43,904 bases of DNA from Chrysochromulina tobinii (taxonomy: Eukaryota), in the NCBI GenBank assembly GCA_001275005.1, contig JWZX01003311.1, forward strand, positions 1 through 43,904, in the 5' to 3' direction. This document shows, in pieces, positions 1-11,100 of the stretch. Every line of letters starts with the position of its first letter. Position 1 is the stretch's first letter. Both the position numbers and the translations under genes were made by a program. The notes below the pieces were generated by a model that had not been told where the DNA came from, did not search any database, and saw only the letters and a list, made by a program, of their open reading frames with translations.

Positions 1-85
1 CATCCCGCGCGCCGCCTCCAACCCGCGCCCGCGCCCGTCGACTGCCGACGTTGAGCGCGAGCGGCGGGGCGGCGGCAAGCAGCAT
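1..85 (-). CDS. Possible 5' end of a divergent gene (MLLAAAPPLALNVGSRRARAR...), truncated by the window edge
   Basis: ATG at 85 on the minus strand, open to the window edge. The N-terminus is hydrophobic then Arg-rich, like a targeting peptide. It lies head-to-head with the kinesin across an AT-rich tract (~140-230). Confidence 0.3.
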   Translation of the reverse strand, partial: MLLAAAPPLALNVGSRRARARVGGGARD

Positions 86-240
86 CTGTGAGATCTCGAA
101 TCGGCCAGTGCGCGCAGGACCCCTGGCCCTGGCGCGCTCATTACAAGTGTAATGATTTCTTTTTGGGAAATAACAAATTTCACTGTGAACTTCACAGACC
201 CCTGGACGCCTTTTTTGAGTTCAACTCCTGCGCTCCCTCC

Positions 241-3200
241 ATGCAGCAGGCCCAGGCCAAGCGCCCGCCTCGTGCACCCTCACCGGCAGCAAACGTCTCG
301 CCGCTGCGCCGTGTGACGAGCGCCCCAACCAAGGCGGGCTCGAAGCTGCGCCCGCCGGCCTCGCGGAGCCGCAGCCCGGGTGGCGCGGCCGATGTGATGG
401 CCTCTGGCGACTTCAGCGGCGAAAACCGGCGGCGGAGCAGCTCGTTTGGATCGCGCTCCGGTTCGCCATCGGCGGGAGGATTCGGCGTCACTCCTGGACG
501 CCCGCGGCGCAGCAACAGTCCCGAGAGCACCGGTCAGCCGCTGGCGCGATCTCGCAGCCCCGTCGCGTCGCCCCTGGCGCTCCTCGATGAGAGCGGCGGC
601 GCAAGTGCACCTCGGACGGCGTCGCGCGCGTCGTCGCCGCCGGCATCTTGCGGCTTTCGCCAGTCATCGGTGCGCGTCGCCGTGCGCGTCCGTCCGTCGG
701 GCAACGCGCACGAGAGCGCGGCCGTCAGCGTGTCAGGCAGGACCGTGACCTTGACCGGAGGGCCTCTGACCCACCACTACGGCAAGCCGGGCGAAGGCAA
801 GGACGACGCCCAGGTGTTCGCGTACGACCACGCGTTCGGGCCGAGCGCGGACCAGCTGTCCGTCTTCGCCGCCTGCGGCGCGCCCCTCGTCAAGGAGATC
901 CTCGAGGGTTTCAACGCGACGATCTTTGCCTATGGGCAGACCGGCAGTGGGAAGACCCACACCATGCTCGGCACGGCGCTCGAGCCGGGGCTGGTGCCGC
1001 GGAGTGCGTACTTCCTCTTCGAGAGGCTGCAGGCCATGCGTGCCCGCGACGCCTCCAAGGTGCGTGCCGACGAGGCCGCCACACCGCGTGCCGCCAAGAG
1101 CAGCGACGACGAGGGGGACGAGGAGGAGGACGCGGGCGGCGGCGAGGGCGGCGGCGAGGAGGCGGCGGTCGAGGGGGACGGCAGCAGCAGGAGCAGCAGC
1201 AGCAGCGGCAGCAGCGGCGGTGACAGCGGCGAGAGCGGCCGGAGCGCTGGGCAGCCTGCCAAGGGCGGCCGGCGACGCTCCTTCAAGCTCACCGCCACGT
1301 ACCTGCAGATCTACAACGAGACCCTGATAGACCTTCTAGCAGAGCCCGGGGCGAGCGGCAGCGGAGGCGGCGGCGGCACGGCGGAGGTGAGGTCGGCGCC
1401 GGAGCTGCGCATCCGCACCTCGGCGCAGCTCGGGGTCTTTGTCTCCGGGTTGACGGAACACGCCATACGTTCCCCACAGGACGTCATCGACCTCATCAGC
1501 CGCGGCAACGGCCAGCGCGCCACTGCCGCGACCAAGATGAACGCCGCCTCGAGCCGATCGCACGCGGTCTTCACGCTCGTGCTCGAGCAGCAGGTGCCAG
1601 TCGACGAGGACGAGGCCGGCGAGGCCGGCGAGGCGCTCGCGGCGGACGCGGACGAGGACGCGGACACGGCAGCGACGGACGAAGGCATCGTGCCGACCGA
1701 GGAGTCCGAGGCGGGAGCGACGCTCTCCTCGGGCGGCTCCTCGGCCACTGCCTCGCGCCGTCGCGCACGCCGCTCGATGCGCACGCTGCGCTCGAAGCTC
1801 AATCTCGTCGATCTCGCCGGCTCGGAGCGCGCGAAGCTCTCGGGCGCGGATGAGGACAAGAAGATGATGAGTGAGTGCGTCGCGATCAACAAGAGCCTGG
1901 CGGCGCTCGGCAACGTGATCGCGGCCCTATCCGGCGGGAGGGCGACGCATGTGCCCTACCGCGAATCGAAGCTTACGCAGCTGCTCGAGGAGAGCCTGGG
2001 CGGGAACGCGCAGACCGTCATGATCAACGCGGTCTCTCCCCACAGCTCCCACTACGCCGAGACCCTCTCGACGCTGCAGTGGGCCAAGCGCGCGCAGAGC
2101 ATTGTCAACGTGTCGGTGCAGGGCGAGGCGGTGGATGCATCGGCCGCGTCCGAGCAGATGGCCGCGATGGCGAAGCTGCAGAAGCAGGCGCTCGCGGAGG
2201 CCGCTCAGCAATCTCGCGAGCGCCAGATCGAGATGCAATCCGAGCTCGACCAGATGCGGGCGGAGGTGCAGCGCGCGACCGCCGATGCGGCCGCCGCGCG
2301 CGAAGAGGCCAAGGCGGCGCGCAAGCAGTTGAAGCAGCAGGTGGAGGAGGTGCGGCGCGCAGCCCGCGAGCAATCCGAGCACGAGCTCGCGATCTCCAAG
2401 GGCGAGATGCATGCGGAGCAGCAGCAGGCGATCGCCCAGGCCATCGCCGCCAAGGAGTTGGAATGGAAGCGACAGCTTGCTGAGGCGGAGAGCGCGAGCA
2501 CGCACCTCGCCTCCGCGCGCGCCAACCAGCTGCACATTGCGTCCGAGCTCGCCGCCGCCGCTGAACGCGAGACGAAGCTGCAGCTGAGCCTCAAGACGCT
2601 CGTGGCGTCGCACACGGCTGTGAAGGCGACGCTCGAGAGCGAGCGTGAGAAGCGAAAGGAAGCCGAGGCGCACGCGAAGCAGGCGCGCGACGCGGCGCGG
2701 GCGGCGAGCGAGGCGGAGGCGAGCGAGCTCGATGCGGCCATGGCGAAGGCGAGGGAGGCGGCCAATGAGCGCGTTGAGGCGCTCAAGGCGGAGACCGAGA
2801 AGCGCATCTCGCAGGTTCGCCAAAAGGCGGAGGCGCGCGTGGCCGAGGCGGAGGCGCGCGTGGCGGCCGCGGCCGAGGCGGCGCTCAACACTGCGCGCGC
2901 CGAGATGCGCGAGGCGGTGGAGGCGGCGGAGGCGGCGGCGGCGGAGCTCGGGATGGCGCTCGCCGCCCGGGACGGCGCGCTCGAGGAGCTTCGTTGGCGG
3001 TTAGGGCAGGCGGAGGAGAGGCAGGCGGAGGCGAGGGCGGAGGCGGAGGAGGCGGCGAGTGCCTATGAGGAGGCCGAGGCGGCGCGCGAGGAGGCGGTGC
3101 GCGCCCAGGCGGCGGCGGAGGGCGCGGTCGAGGCGGCGGCGGCGGCGCATCGAGGCGCTATCGAGGCGTTGCAGGCTGATGTGGCGGCGGCCAAGGCGGA

Positions 3201-5316
3201 GGCAGCGGAGGCGGCGGCAGAGGCGGCAGAGGCGGCGGCGGCGGCGGAGGCGGCGGAGGCGGCTGTTGAGGCGGCAGAGGCGGCGGCGGCGACAGAGGCG
3301 GCGGCGGCGGAGGCGGCGAGGGCGGAGGCGGAGGCGGCGAGGGCGGAGGCGGAGGCCGCTAGGGCGGAGGCGGAGGCGGCGAGGGAGGAGGCGGAGGAGG
3401 CGGCGAAAGCATTCGCGGAGGCGGAGGAGGCACACGAGGCGGAGACAGCGCAGAGGGAGGAGGAGTCCCTAATTAGGGAGGAGGAGCACTCTGCCGAGGT
3501 GGCGACTTTGAAGGCACAGCTCATGGCGGCGACTGAGGCGGCGACGGCGGCGCAGGCAGCCATGCGGTCCGTCGAGGCACAGAAAGCGCGCGCGGCGGCG
3601 GAGGAAGCGGCTGCCCTCGCTGCCAAGCAAGAGGCGCTCGCAACGGTGGCTGCGGCCGAGGCGCGTTCGGCGGTTAGCTCGCAGCACAGGCAGGCGCTCG
3701 AGGCGCAGGTGCTGCAGGCGGCGGCCGCAGCGGACGGTCTCAAGGTCGAGGCGGCCGCGTCGAAGGCGCAGGCCGCCTCCCTCGCCGCGACCAATACGGC
3801 GCTTGCCGCCGCGAACCAAGCGCTCGAGGCGCAGCAAGAGGCGGCGAGGGCCGCTCGGGACGACGCCCTCGACGCGGCAGCTGCGGCGACGGCGAGCAAG
3901 GAGGATCTCCAGGCGGAGATTTCGAATCTGCGCGCGGAGGTCTCGCGTTCACGCGACGCGGTCGCGCAGGCGATGATGTCGGTCCAGTCGGAGATGAATA
4001 GCCGGCAGGCGGCGTGGGCGGCCGAGAGGCGCCAGCTGGTTGAGAGCCTCGCGTTGCTCAGCGGGACGCCGCTCGGGACGACGCCGCTCGGGACGACGCC
4101 GCTCGGGACGACGCCGGTAGGGGTGATACCGGTAGGGATGCCTCCGGGGCCTCCCGGCCTCCCCCCGGTGCCCTCCGCCCACATGCTGGCCAGCCGCCCT
4201 GCCGCGGCGGCGCCTCGCCACCACGCACCCTCGACGCCGCCAGCACCACCGGCGCCCACAGCGAGCAGCGCCAGCAGCAGCCGCGCCAGCAGCAGCCGCG
4301 CCAGCAACAGCCGTAGCCCACGGGCAGACTCCGTGCCTGGCACCTCCCCCGGCGGCGCCTCTGAGCCCTCTATGCTCGCAACGGGCGGCGGCATGGGCCC
4401 CTCTTCACGCCCCTCTTCACGCCCCTCTTCACGCCGCTCCGACCTCCTCAGCGTCACGTCCGAGGCCGAGGCCGAAAGCGCCCGCCACAGCGCGCAGCAC
4501 GGCGGCAGGGGCGGCAAGGGCAGCGAGGAGCCTGGCAAGGACAGCCCCAACTTGCTCTCGAATGTGTTCCGGTATGGGGCCAAGGGGCTCGATCACCTCG
4601 GCAAGGAGGTGGGCAAAGGGCTTGGTGACGTGTCCCGAAGCCTCAACGACGCCGTCGCGGGCGCCATCGATGACGTGGGCAAAGGTTTGGGCGCGCTGCT
4701 GCCGAAAACGCCTCATGGGACGCTCGAGGGCGATGAGCGCCGTGGGGAGCGCCAGGCTGAGCGCGAGCATCATCGCACTCCCCAGCGCGAGCATCATCGC
4801 ACGCCGCCGGCTTCTCGTGACCAGCGCGACCAGCGCGACGAAGCGCGCGAACGGCGGCGCGAGTCCCGAGGCGAGCGTGAACGTGAACGTGAACGTGGCG
4901 AGCGTGAACGTGAACGTGGCGAGCGTGAACGTGAACGTGGCGAGCGGCGCCATTCGCCGCGCGATCGGCCGCACAGCCCCCGCGCCGTGTCGTCCGCCGC
5001 CGTCGCCGTCGCCGCGTCCGCGTACACTGCAGTGCCGCCAACGGAAGGGGCGCTCGCCGCCGCCGCTGCTTCCGCCGCCGCCGCCGCTGCCGGCCCGCTC
5101 GTACCTCCGGTGTCGCATGCGAAGACGCATCCAAACGCCGTCGCGAGCGCCTCGTCGGAGTGCATGCCCTCGGCTTGCATGTCGCCTCTCAAGAAGCCGA
5201 CAGCGTATGCGCTGCGGCTAGGAGAGAATGGCGCTATGCCAGGCGGCTTCGGCCCGCGCGCCCCCTCGAACCGCAAGGAACGGCCGCCGCTGGCGACCCT
5301 GCCAAGGGCGGCGTGA
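241..5316 (+). CDS. Kinesin motor protein with long Ala/Glu coiled-coil stalk and low-complexity tail (~1690 aa, apparently intronless)
   Basis: Motor motifs VAVRVRP, FAYDHAF, P-loop GQTGSGKT, switch I NAASSRSH, switch II LVDLAGSE and HVPYRESKLT. The first ATG after the AT-rich upstream tract is at 241; the ORF-track start at 88 is a GTG. Confidence 0.93.
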   Translation: MQQAQAKRPPRAPSPAANVSPLRRVTSAPTKAGSKLRPPASRSRSPGGAADVMASGDFSGENRRRSSSFGSRSGSPSAGGFGVTPGRPRRSNSPESTGQPLARSRSPVASPLALLDESGGASAPRTASRASSPPASCGFRQSSVRVAVRVRPSGNAHESAAVSVSGRTVTLTGGPLTHHYGKPGEGKDDAQVFAYDHAFGPSADQLSVFAACGAPLVKEILEGFNATIFAYGQTGSGKTHTMLGTALEPGLVPRSAYFLFERLQAMRARDASKVRADEAATPRAAKSSDDEGDEEEDAGGGEGGGEEAAVEGDGSSRSSSSSGSSGGDSGESGRSAGQPAKGGRRRSFKLTATYLQIYNETLIDLLAEPGASGSGGGGGTAEVRSAPELRIRTSAQLGVFVSGLTEHAIRSPQDVIDLISRGNGQRATAATKMNAASSRSHAVFTLVLEQQVPVDEDEAGEAGEALAADADEDADTAATDEGIVPTEESEAGATLSSGGSSATASRRRARRSMRTLRSKLNLVDLAGSERAKLSGADEDKKMMSECVAINKSLAALGNVIAALSGGRATHVPYRESKLTQLLEESLGGNAQTVMINAVSPHSSHYAETLSTLQWAKRAQSIVNVSVQGEAVDASAASEQMAAMAKLQKQALAEAAQQSRERQIEMQSELDQMRAEVQRATADAAAAREEAKAARKQLKQQVEEVRRAAREQSEHELAISKGEMHAEQQQAIAQAIAAKELEWKRQLAEAESASTHLASARANQLHIASELAAAAERETKLQLSLKTLVASHTAVKATLESEREKRKEAEAHAKQARDAARAASEAEASELDAAMAKAREAANERVEALKAETEKRISQVRQKAEARVAEAEARVAAAAEAALNTARAEMREAVEAAEAAAAELGMALAARDGALEELRWRLGQAEERQAEARAEAEEAASAYEEAEAAREEAVRAQAAAEGAVEAAAAAHRGAIEALQADVAAAKAEAAEAAAEAAEAAAAAEAAEAAVEAAEAAAATEAAAAEAARAEAEAARAEAEAARAEAEAAREEAEEAAKAFAEAEEAHEAETAQREEESLIREEEHSAEVATLKAQLMAATEAATAAQAAMRSVEAQKARAAAEEAAALAAKQEALATVAAAEARSAVSSQHRQALEAQVLQAAAAADGLKVEAAASKAQAASLAATNTALAAANQALEAQQEAARAARDDALDAAAAATASKEDLQAEISNLRAEVSRSRDAVAQAMMSVQSEMNSRQAAWAAERRQLVESLALLSGTPLGTTPLGTTPLGTTPVGVIPVGMPPGPPGLPPVPSAHMLASRPAAAAPRHHAPSTPPAPPAPTASSASSSRASSSRASNSRSPRADSVPGTSPGGASEPSMLATGGGMGPSSRPSSRPSSRRSDLLSVTSEAEAESARHSAQHGGRGGKGSEEPGKDSPNLLSNVFRYGAKGLDHLGKEVGKGLGDVSRSLNDAVAGAIDDVGKGLGALLPKTPHGTLEGDERRGERQAEREHHRTPQREHHRTPPASRDQRDQRDEARERRRESRGERERERERGERERERGERERERGERRHSPRDRPHSPRAVSSAAVAVAASAYTAVPPTEGALAAAAASAAAAAAGPLVPPVSHAKTHPNAVASASSECMPSACMSPLKKPTAYALRLGENGAMPGGFGPRAPSNRKERPPLATLPRAA

Positions 5317-5821
5317 TCTAGCGCCGGTACACAGTAGAATCTCGCTGTCTCAGGGGGAGCCACTTTTGTCACCCAGTGACGCGGCGCTTTAGCCGGACAT
5401 CATAGCGTACACTCACAGCCGTAGCTCGGTCGTAACTCGTATTACGTATACTGTTTATACAGCGAGTGTTGAGTCGTAATCTGAACAAGCTACCCAACAA
5501 GCAACATTGGGCGGCGGTGGGCGCATTGCGTTGGGTGGGCGGTGGGGGAATTTACTGGTCGAGGGTGCTGCATGTGGTGCATGCTGCATTGGTGCTCCCT
5601 GCTGGGTCGGTCTTGGGCTCTTGCGTCTTGGTCGGTCGTGTGATCGTTCATCGTATACATCAATACATGTAGTTAGGATCTGTTCGCGTTCTTTGTCGAC
5701 CTGTAATGGGCCACTGTTCTGGGAACGTGCGCGCGTGCTTCGATAGGCTACGGGGAAAATGTGTGGCTGTGGGAACTTATCTGTCGCGCGAAACGAGCCG
5801 GGCGTCCGCGAGCTCGGAGCA

Positions 5822-7905
5822 CAAGGGGCTGGGAGAGGGAGGGTCGTCCGTAAGTCTTCGACGGAGCCAGAATGTGACCCTAGTCCCTTTGCTCCGCGCA
5901 CGAACCTATCATACCGGATCGCGCATATCGGCACATATCACGATTCTAAATCAGCCATATCCTCGGCCTGCCCTGGCTACATATGCCTGTCTTGATCGCG
6001 TCGCTGCATCGCGCTGCTGACGCGTGCCCTGGCTCTTCTTTTATTCGCAGGAGAGCTGCAGAGGGCTCATCCGCTGGCCTGGGCGAAAGCCCAAGTATGG
6101 CCACGCCTGCGCCGGAGACCCAGCACCACATCTCCTCCTGCATGACCACGGACGAGATCAAGGCGCGCTGTGCCGACGCGTCCATCGACTTCATTCAGCC
6201 CGGCCCAGGGTGCTACCCGCACGCTTGGACCCTAGCCTGAGGTTCCAAAGAAGCACCGGCACGACTGGCTTGCGGCGCTGCGAGCGCGGATGCAGGAGAA
6301 GAACAAGAAGGCATCCCTCGCCGCAGCCGCTTCGGCCGCCGCGCACGCCATGATCTCCGCTGAACCTCTATTCGCTGATGCGGTCGCGCTGGCACCGGCA
6401 GAGCCTTTAGATGTGTCGGACGGCGCCATAGCTAATTGCGTCGCTGAGCTCGAGACCCTGCGTGCCGTGGTCAGAGAGCTGCGGGCGTTCAAGGCTTCGC
6501 TCACGGTCGCGGAGCCCATCGCGTTTGCCGATGGCCGAGCCGCTCGTGCTCACCTTCGTAGCGCCCGTCGTGCCCATCCTGGCTGAGCCCTTCGTGATGG
6601 CGCCAGCTCCCGCGCCTGGGGAGCTGCCAATTGGGAGCTGCGCAAGCAAGCGAGGCGCAAGCAGGCACGCCGTGGCACGGCGGCCGCCAAGGTGAAGAAG
6701 GAGGCGGTCTGGATGGGCTTCGCCGCGTTGCTCGCCGCCAACGTGGACGACCTCCCCGCCGAGCATGCTCTACCTACGGCCCTTGCTCATGAACCAGCAC
6801 GCGGTGCTCAAGAGCAAGGGCAAGAAGCGGTGTGTGTGGCACCAGGGGGTCATCGAGGCTGCCTCCGCTATGTTCCTCACGAGCCGTGCGGCGTACGCCT
6901 CGACGTACGCCCAGCTGCTCGAGTCCTGCTGTGGCGCCTGGCCCGCGCGTACGAGGAACGAGCGCGCGCGGGGACGTTAAGTTGAGTAAATAAATTTGGA
7001 ATGCCGGCTCGATGATGCCCCACAGTCGGACCGATTATTGAAACCAAGTACGTCCTGGGCGATAAGATCTAAACACATGTAGTTCTGCAACTAATACAAA
7101 TTCTAAATAGCTGGTTCTAGCTTGATCCACTGCGAGCTGCTGTTGTATGCTTGCAGTTGCACACTCAGGTCGCTCGACGGCGCTGCTGCTGGAGCTCGCT
7201 TGCTGTTGCTCGTGCACCTGCTTCGTGCCGTGCGCCAGCGGCTCGAGAAGGCCGTAGCCGCCCGTCTGCGCAGGGGGCAGCAGCGGCATCCGGCCAGCGC
7301 TGCAGCCGCGGCGGAGCCAGCGCCGCCTCAACCGGCCGGGGCGGCAGCAGCTTTGAGCTCGGATCGGCAGATCGGATGCCATCGGCGGTGACAGCAAACT
7401 GCGCCTCCCCGGGCCCGCCACCTTTGGAGAGGGCGGCGAGGCGGACGCCATCGCACCCTTCGAGGCTCACCTGCATGTTGCACAAGTGCGCCCACGCCTC
7501 GCCCAGCGCGGGCACCAGCCCACTAGTTGGCGCGGGTGGTCACCTGGTTGATGAGCACGACGACGCACGGTGCGCGCGGCGCGCGGCATGGCTGAGGAGC
7601 TGTGCCATCTGCCCGACGAGCTGTTACCCAAGGGGCTGCGCGCGCGCGCTTCCTTGTGGCACCAGCTCCTGCTTAGCAGTCTGCCTCTGATTGGGCCTGC
7701 AAGGCGCGAGCTCAAGGGGCTGATGGCGAAGGCCTGGCGCGAACGTCTTCCGCGGCCAGCGCAGCCAGCGGGGAGCGCACGGCACCGCCAGCCTGTCGCA
7801 CGGCAAAAAAGGGCGAACCAGGGCCCGAGAGAGGCGCATGAACGAGGGGAGCCATGATCGGGCTCCCCATTTTCACGCGACGACCCTCCCTCTCCCAGCC
7901 CCTTG
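5822..7905. mobile_element. Putative non-autonomous DNA transposon with 27-bp terminal inverted repeats and decayed coding cargo
   Basis: CAAGGGGCTGGGAGAGGGAGGGTCGTC at 5822-5848 and its exact reverse complement at 7879-7905. The interior has only broken ORFs. No clear target-site duplication and no recognisable transposase. Confidence 0.6.
6097..6980 (+). pseudogene. Frameshifted/stop-interrupted coding remnant inside the inverted-repeat element
   Basis: Protein-like segments continue across different frames (MATPAPETQH..., MQEKNKKAS..., MAEPLVLTF..., KKEAVWMGF..., LYLRPLLMNQ...). No splice sites were found that join them. Confidence 0.45.
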
Positions 7906-8100
7906 GTGTAGGGCACTGTTACTGGTGCCCGCTCAGAATACACACTCCTTACATGACCCTTTCCTTGCGTCGGAAAAGGTCCAGTTTCGTCGTTTTTTGC
8001 GCGATGTGTACAAGTCGAAGTGCAGGGTGGTCTCAGCAGCAGCAGTTAGCAGCAGCAGCACTTGCGGTCTCCTTATCTTTGCCGACTCGAACCTACGAGT

Positions 8101-11100
8101 ATGGGCGGCGCAGCCACGAAGGTGGCGCCAAATCCTGACGGAGGCGTCGAGGTGCGCACGCCCGACACGCTCCAGTGGCAAGACCCGACGAGGATCTTCA
8201 AGGAGGTTGACGTTGACAGCAACCAGAGCATCTCTTCCGATGAGTTGAAGAGCGCATTGCAAAAGCAAGGCTACGACGACGTGGTTTTCGCAACCCTGAT
8301 GGGCGAGCTCGACGTCGACTCGGATGGCTGCATTGCATTCGACGAGTGGCGCAAAGGTTTCTATGCGAGTAGCTTTGTCCACGTCAGGGCGCCGGCCGCC
8401 GAGGACTTTGCCGACCTGCACATGCGAACATACGGCGGTGGGGCGGCTGCACCATACCCACATGGTACTGTGCAGTGGGGCGGCTGCACCATCGCGGAGA
8501 CTGCCAAACGGGCCATCACTGTCGCACAGCTGGAGCGCGTGTACTCGCACATTGATCGGCGGTGCAAGCCCGAGGGGTGGGCCGACAAGAGTGGCAACCA
8601 AAGGACACCCGGCACCGTCACCCTCTACGACGCGGCGCGCTTCGTCATCAAGCCGGCGACGTACGTCAAGCAGTGCTCCTTCGTGGAGCTCATCGCCTTC
8701 GGAGAGCAGGTGCCGCTCTACTTTGTGAGCCACTGGTGGGGCGAATCAGTTCTCGATTTTGTGAAGTGCCTCAAGCAGCACGCTGTCGATCGCGTATTGG
8801 GCGTCGACAGCCCCTACTGGGTCTGCGCGTACGCCAACAACCAGTGGAAGCTCGACGATGAGATTGGGGGCTCACTTGAGGAGTCCTCGTTCCGCAAGGC
8901 GATGAAGCTCTCGTTCGGCACCGTCACCGTCCTTGATGAGGGTGGCATCACCTTCTCTCGAATCTGGTGTGGCTATGAAATCTTTACGAGCCTTGCTGGC
9001 GACAGTCACAAGACGTACGACGTGTACACGTGCCCCAAGCAGGGCGGGGCTGTCGGCCTCGTTGAAGGTCTGAGCGCTGGAGATAAGGACGCGGGCGCCA
9101 AGCAGAAGCGCGAGTCTGCTTTTCCGCTCGAGCGTGTGCGCCTCGACATCCAGCTGCAGTCGGCGCAGGCCTCTGTGGAGGCAGACCGCAAGGCCATCCT
9201 CAACGCGATTGTCGGCGCGGCTGCCGACGCGGAGCCGCCCAAAGAGCATGCGAGCTATACACGGCTGAACAACATGCTCGCTGGCCGATTTGCCGCAGGC
9301 ATGGTACGCACCGTCATCGCACGAGGCAAGAAGCTTGACCCGTACTTTGCTGCCATCAAGGCGTCCGCGGCCACGTCTCTTGTCATCGATCTCTCAAATC
9401 TGATAAAGTGCACCGACAAGGAGCTGAAACTGCTCACGGCGGCACTGCCCAATTCACTCGAGTCGCTCAACTTGCAACTCAAGGGCTCTAAGGCCACGGA
9501 GGAGGGCGTCACAGCTCTCTTCAAGCACGTGTGCAACCTCCCGCGGATGCGACGCCTCGAATCGGATGCTCTCACTTCGACGCACATGCCGCTCGTGATG
9601 AAGATGGCCATGCTTGAGGAGTTCCCAGCTAGGGGGCGTTTGTTTCCTTGTGCGATGGCTCTCATCAATGCGGCAGCAAAATGTGCAGCTACTCTCAAGT
9701 TTCTCGACGTATCTCTCGACTCTCGTTTCAGAGACGGCGCTCCTGCTGGTCCAGCGGGTGCTGCGGCTCTTGCTCTTGGGCTCGCTGCTAATAGCGCGCT
9801 GACGAAGCTGTCCCTGGCGTCGACCTTTTTGGGGGAGGAGGGCACCAAGGCCATCTGCGAGGCTCTCAAACAGAACAAGACGCTCAAGGAGCTCGATATG
9901 TCTGGTTGCGACAACATTGGACGGGCAGCAGGCGCTAAGCATGTGGCAGACATGCTTGGCGTCAACGGCGCGCTGACGGAGGTGTGCTGGGCTCTAGCCC
10001 AGATGTGCTCCCACTTGCACTGACATCTGGAGGTCCCTCATGCATAGGTGAACTTGGATGGGTTTGCTCTTCCTGTCAAGAAGCTCCAGGGCACCGATCC
10101 CGTGGAGACGCTCGACCTCTCGGGCAAGAAGCTTGGCGTTGCCTCTGCGGTTGTGATCGCCTCCTTGATTTGCGCCAACGGCGGGCTGATGAGCCTGGAC
10201 CTCTCCCACAACGATCTCTGCAACACCTTCGGCGGCACCTACACTGCAGAGGGCATCACAGCGATTGCCGACGCTCTGGGTGCATTGACGTCCGTCGACC
10301 TGAGGGGCAACTGGCTCGGGGACGAGGGTTGGGGCGCCATCTTTGCCGCCATCTGCGGCAACAAGGACAGCAAGATCATTTCTATGGATGTGTCCGGCGA
10401 GAACATCGGCCCGGCTGGTGTCAAGCTGATCGCCGAGGCGCTCCGCACGAGCGTCACAGGCGCATTGACGTCCGTCGAGCTCAAGGGCAACAAGCTCGGG
10501 GACGAGGGATGGGGCGCCATCTTTGCTGCCATCTGCGGCAACAAGGACAGCAAGATCATGTCTATGGACGTGTCCGGCGAGAACATCGGCCCGGCTGGTG
10601 TCAAGCTGATCGCCGAGGCGCTCCGCACGAGCGTCACAGGAGCGCTGATGAAGGTACGCTGAGCTTGCAGCTCAGGTGTGCTCCCACTTGCACTGACATC
10701 TGGATGTCTTCTTGTGCACAGGTGAACTTGGATGGGGTGAACTTGGATGGGTTTGCTCTCCCTGTCAAGAAGCTCAAGGGCACCGATCCCGTGGAGACGC
10801 TCGACCTCTCGGTCAAGAAGCTTGGCGTTGCCTCTGCGGTTGTGATCGCCTTCTTGATCGGTGTCAATGGCGGGCTGACAAGCATCGACCTCTCCGGAAA
10901 CGAGCTGTGTGGCATCTGGACTGACGGCTACAGCAAACAACAAGGCACCTACACCGCAGAGGGCATCACTGCAATCGCCGACGCCCTGCGTGTTAATGGT
11001 GGGCTGACGAGCCTCAACCTCAGCTACAACCAGCTGTGCGGCCTCGATCGTGATGGGCGTGGAACTTACACTGCAGAGGGGATCACAGCAATTGCTGACA

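Noticed and set aside
1927..5372. Long antisense and alternate-frame ORFs over the kinesin and other genes
   Set aside because: They are shadow ORFs expected from high GC and codon bias, with Ala/Ser/Arg-rich translations and no motifs.
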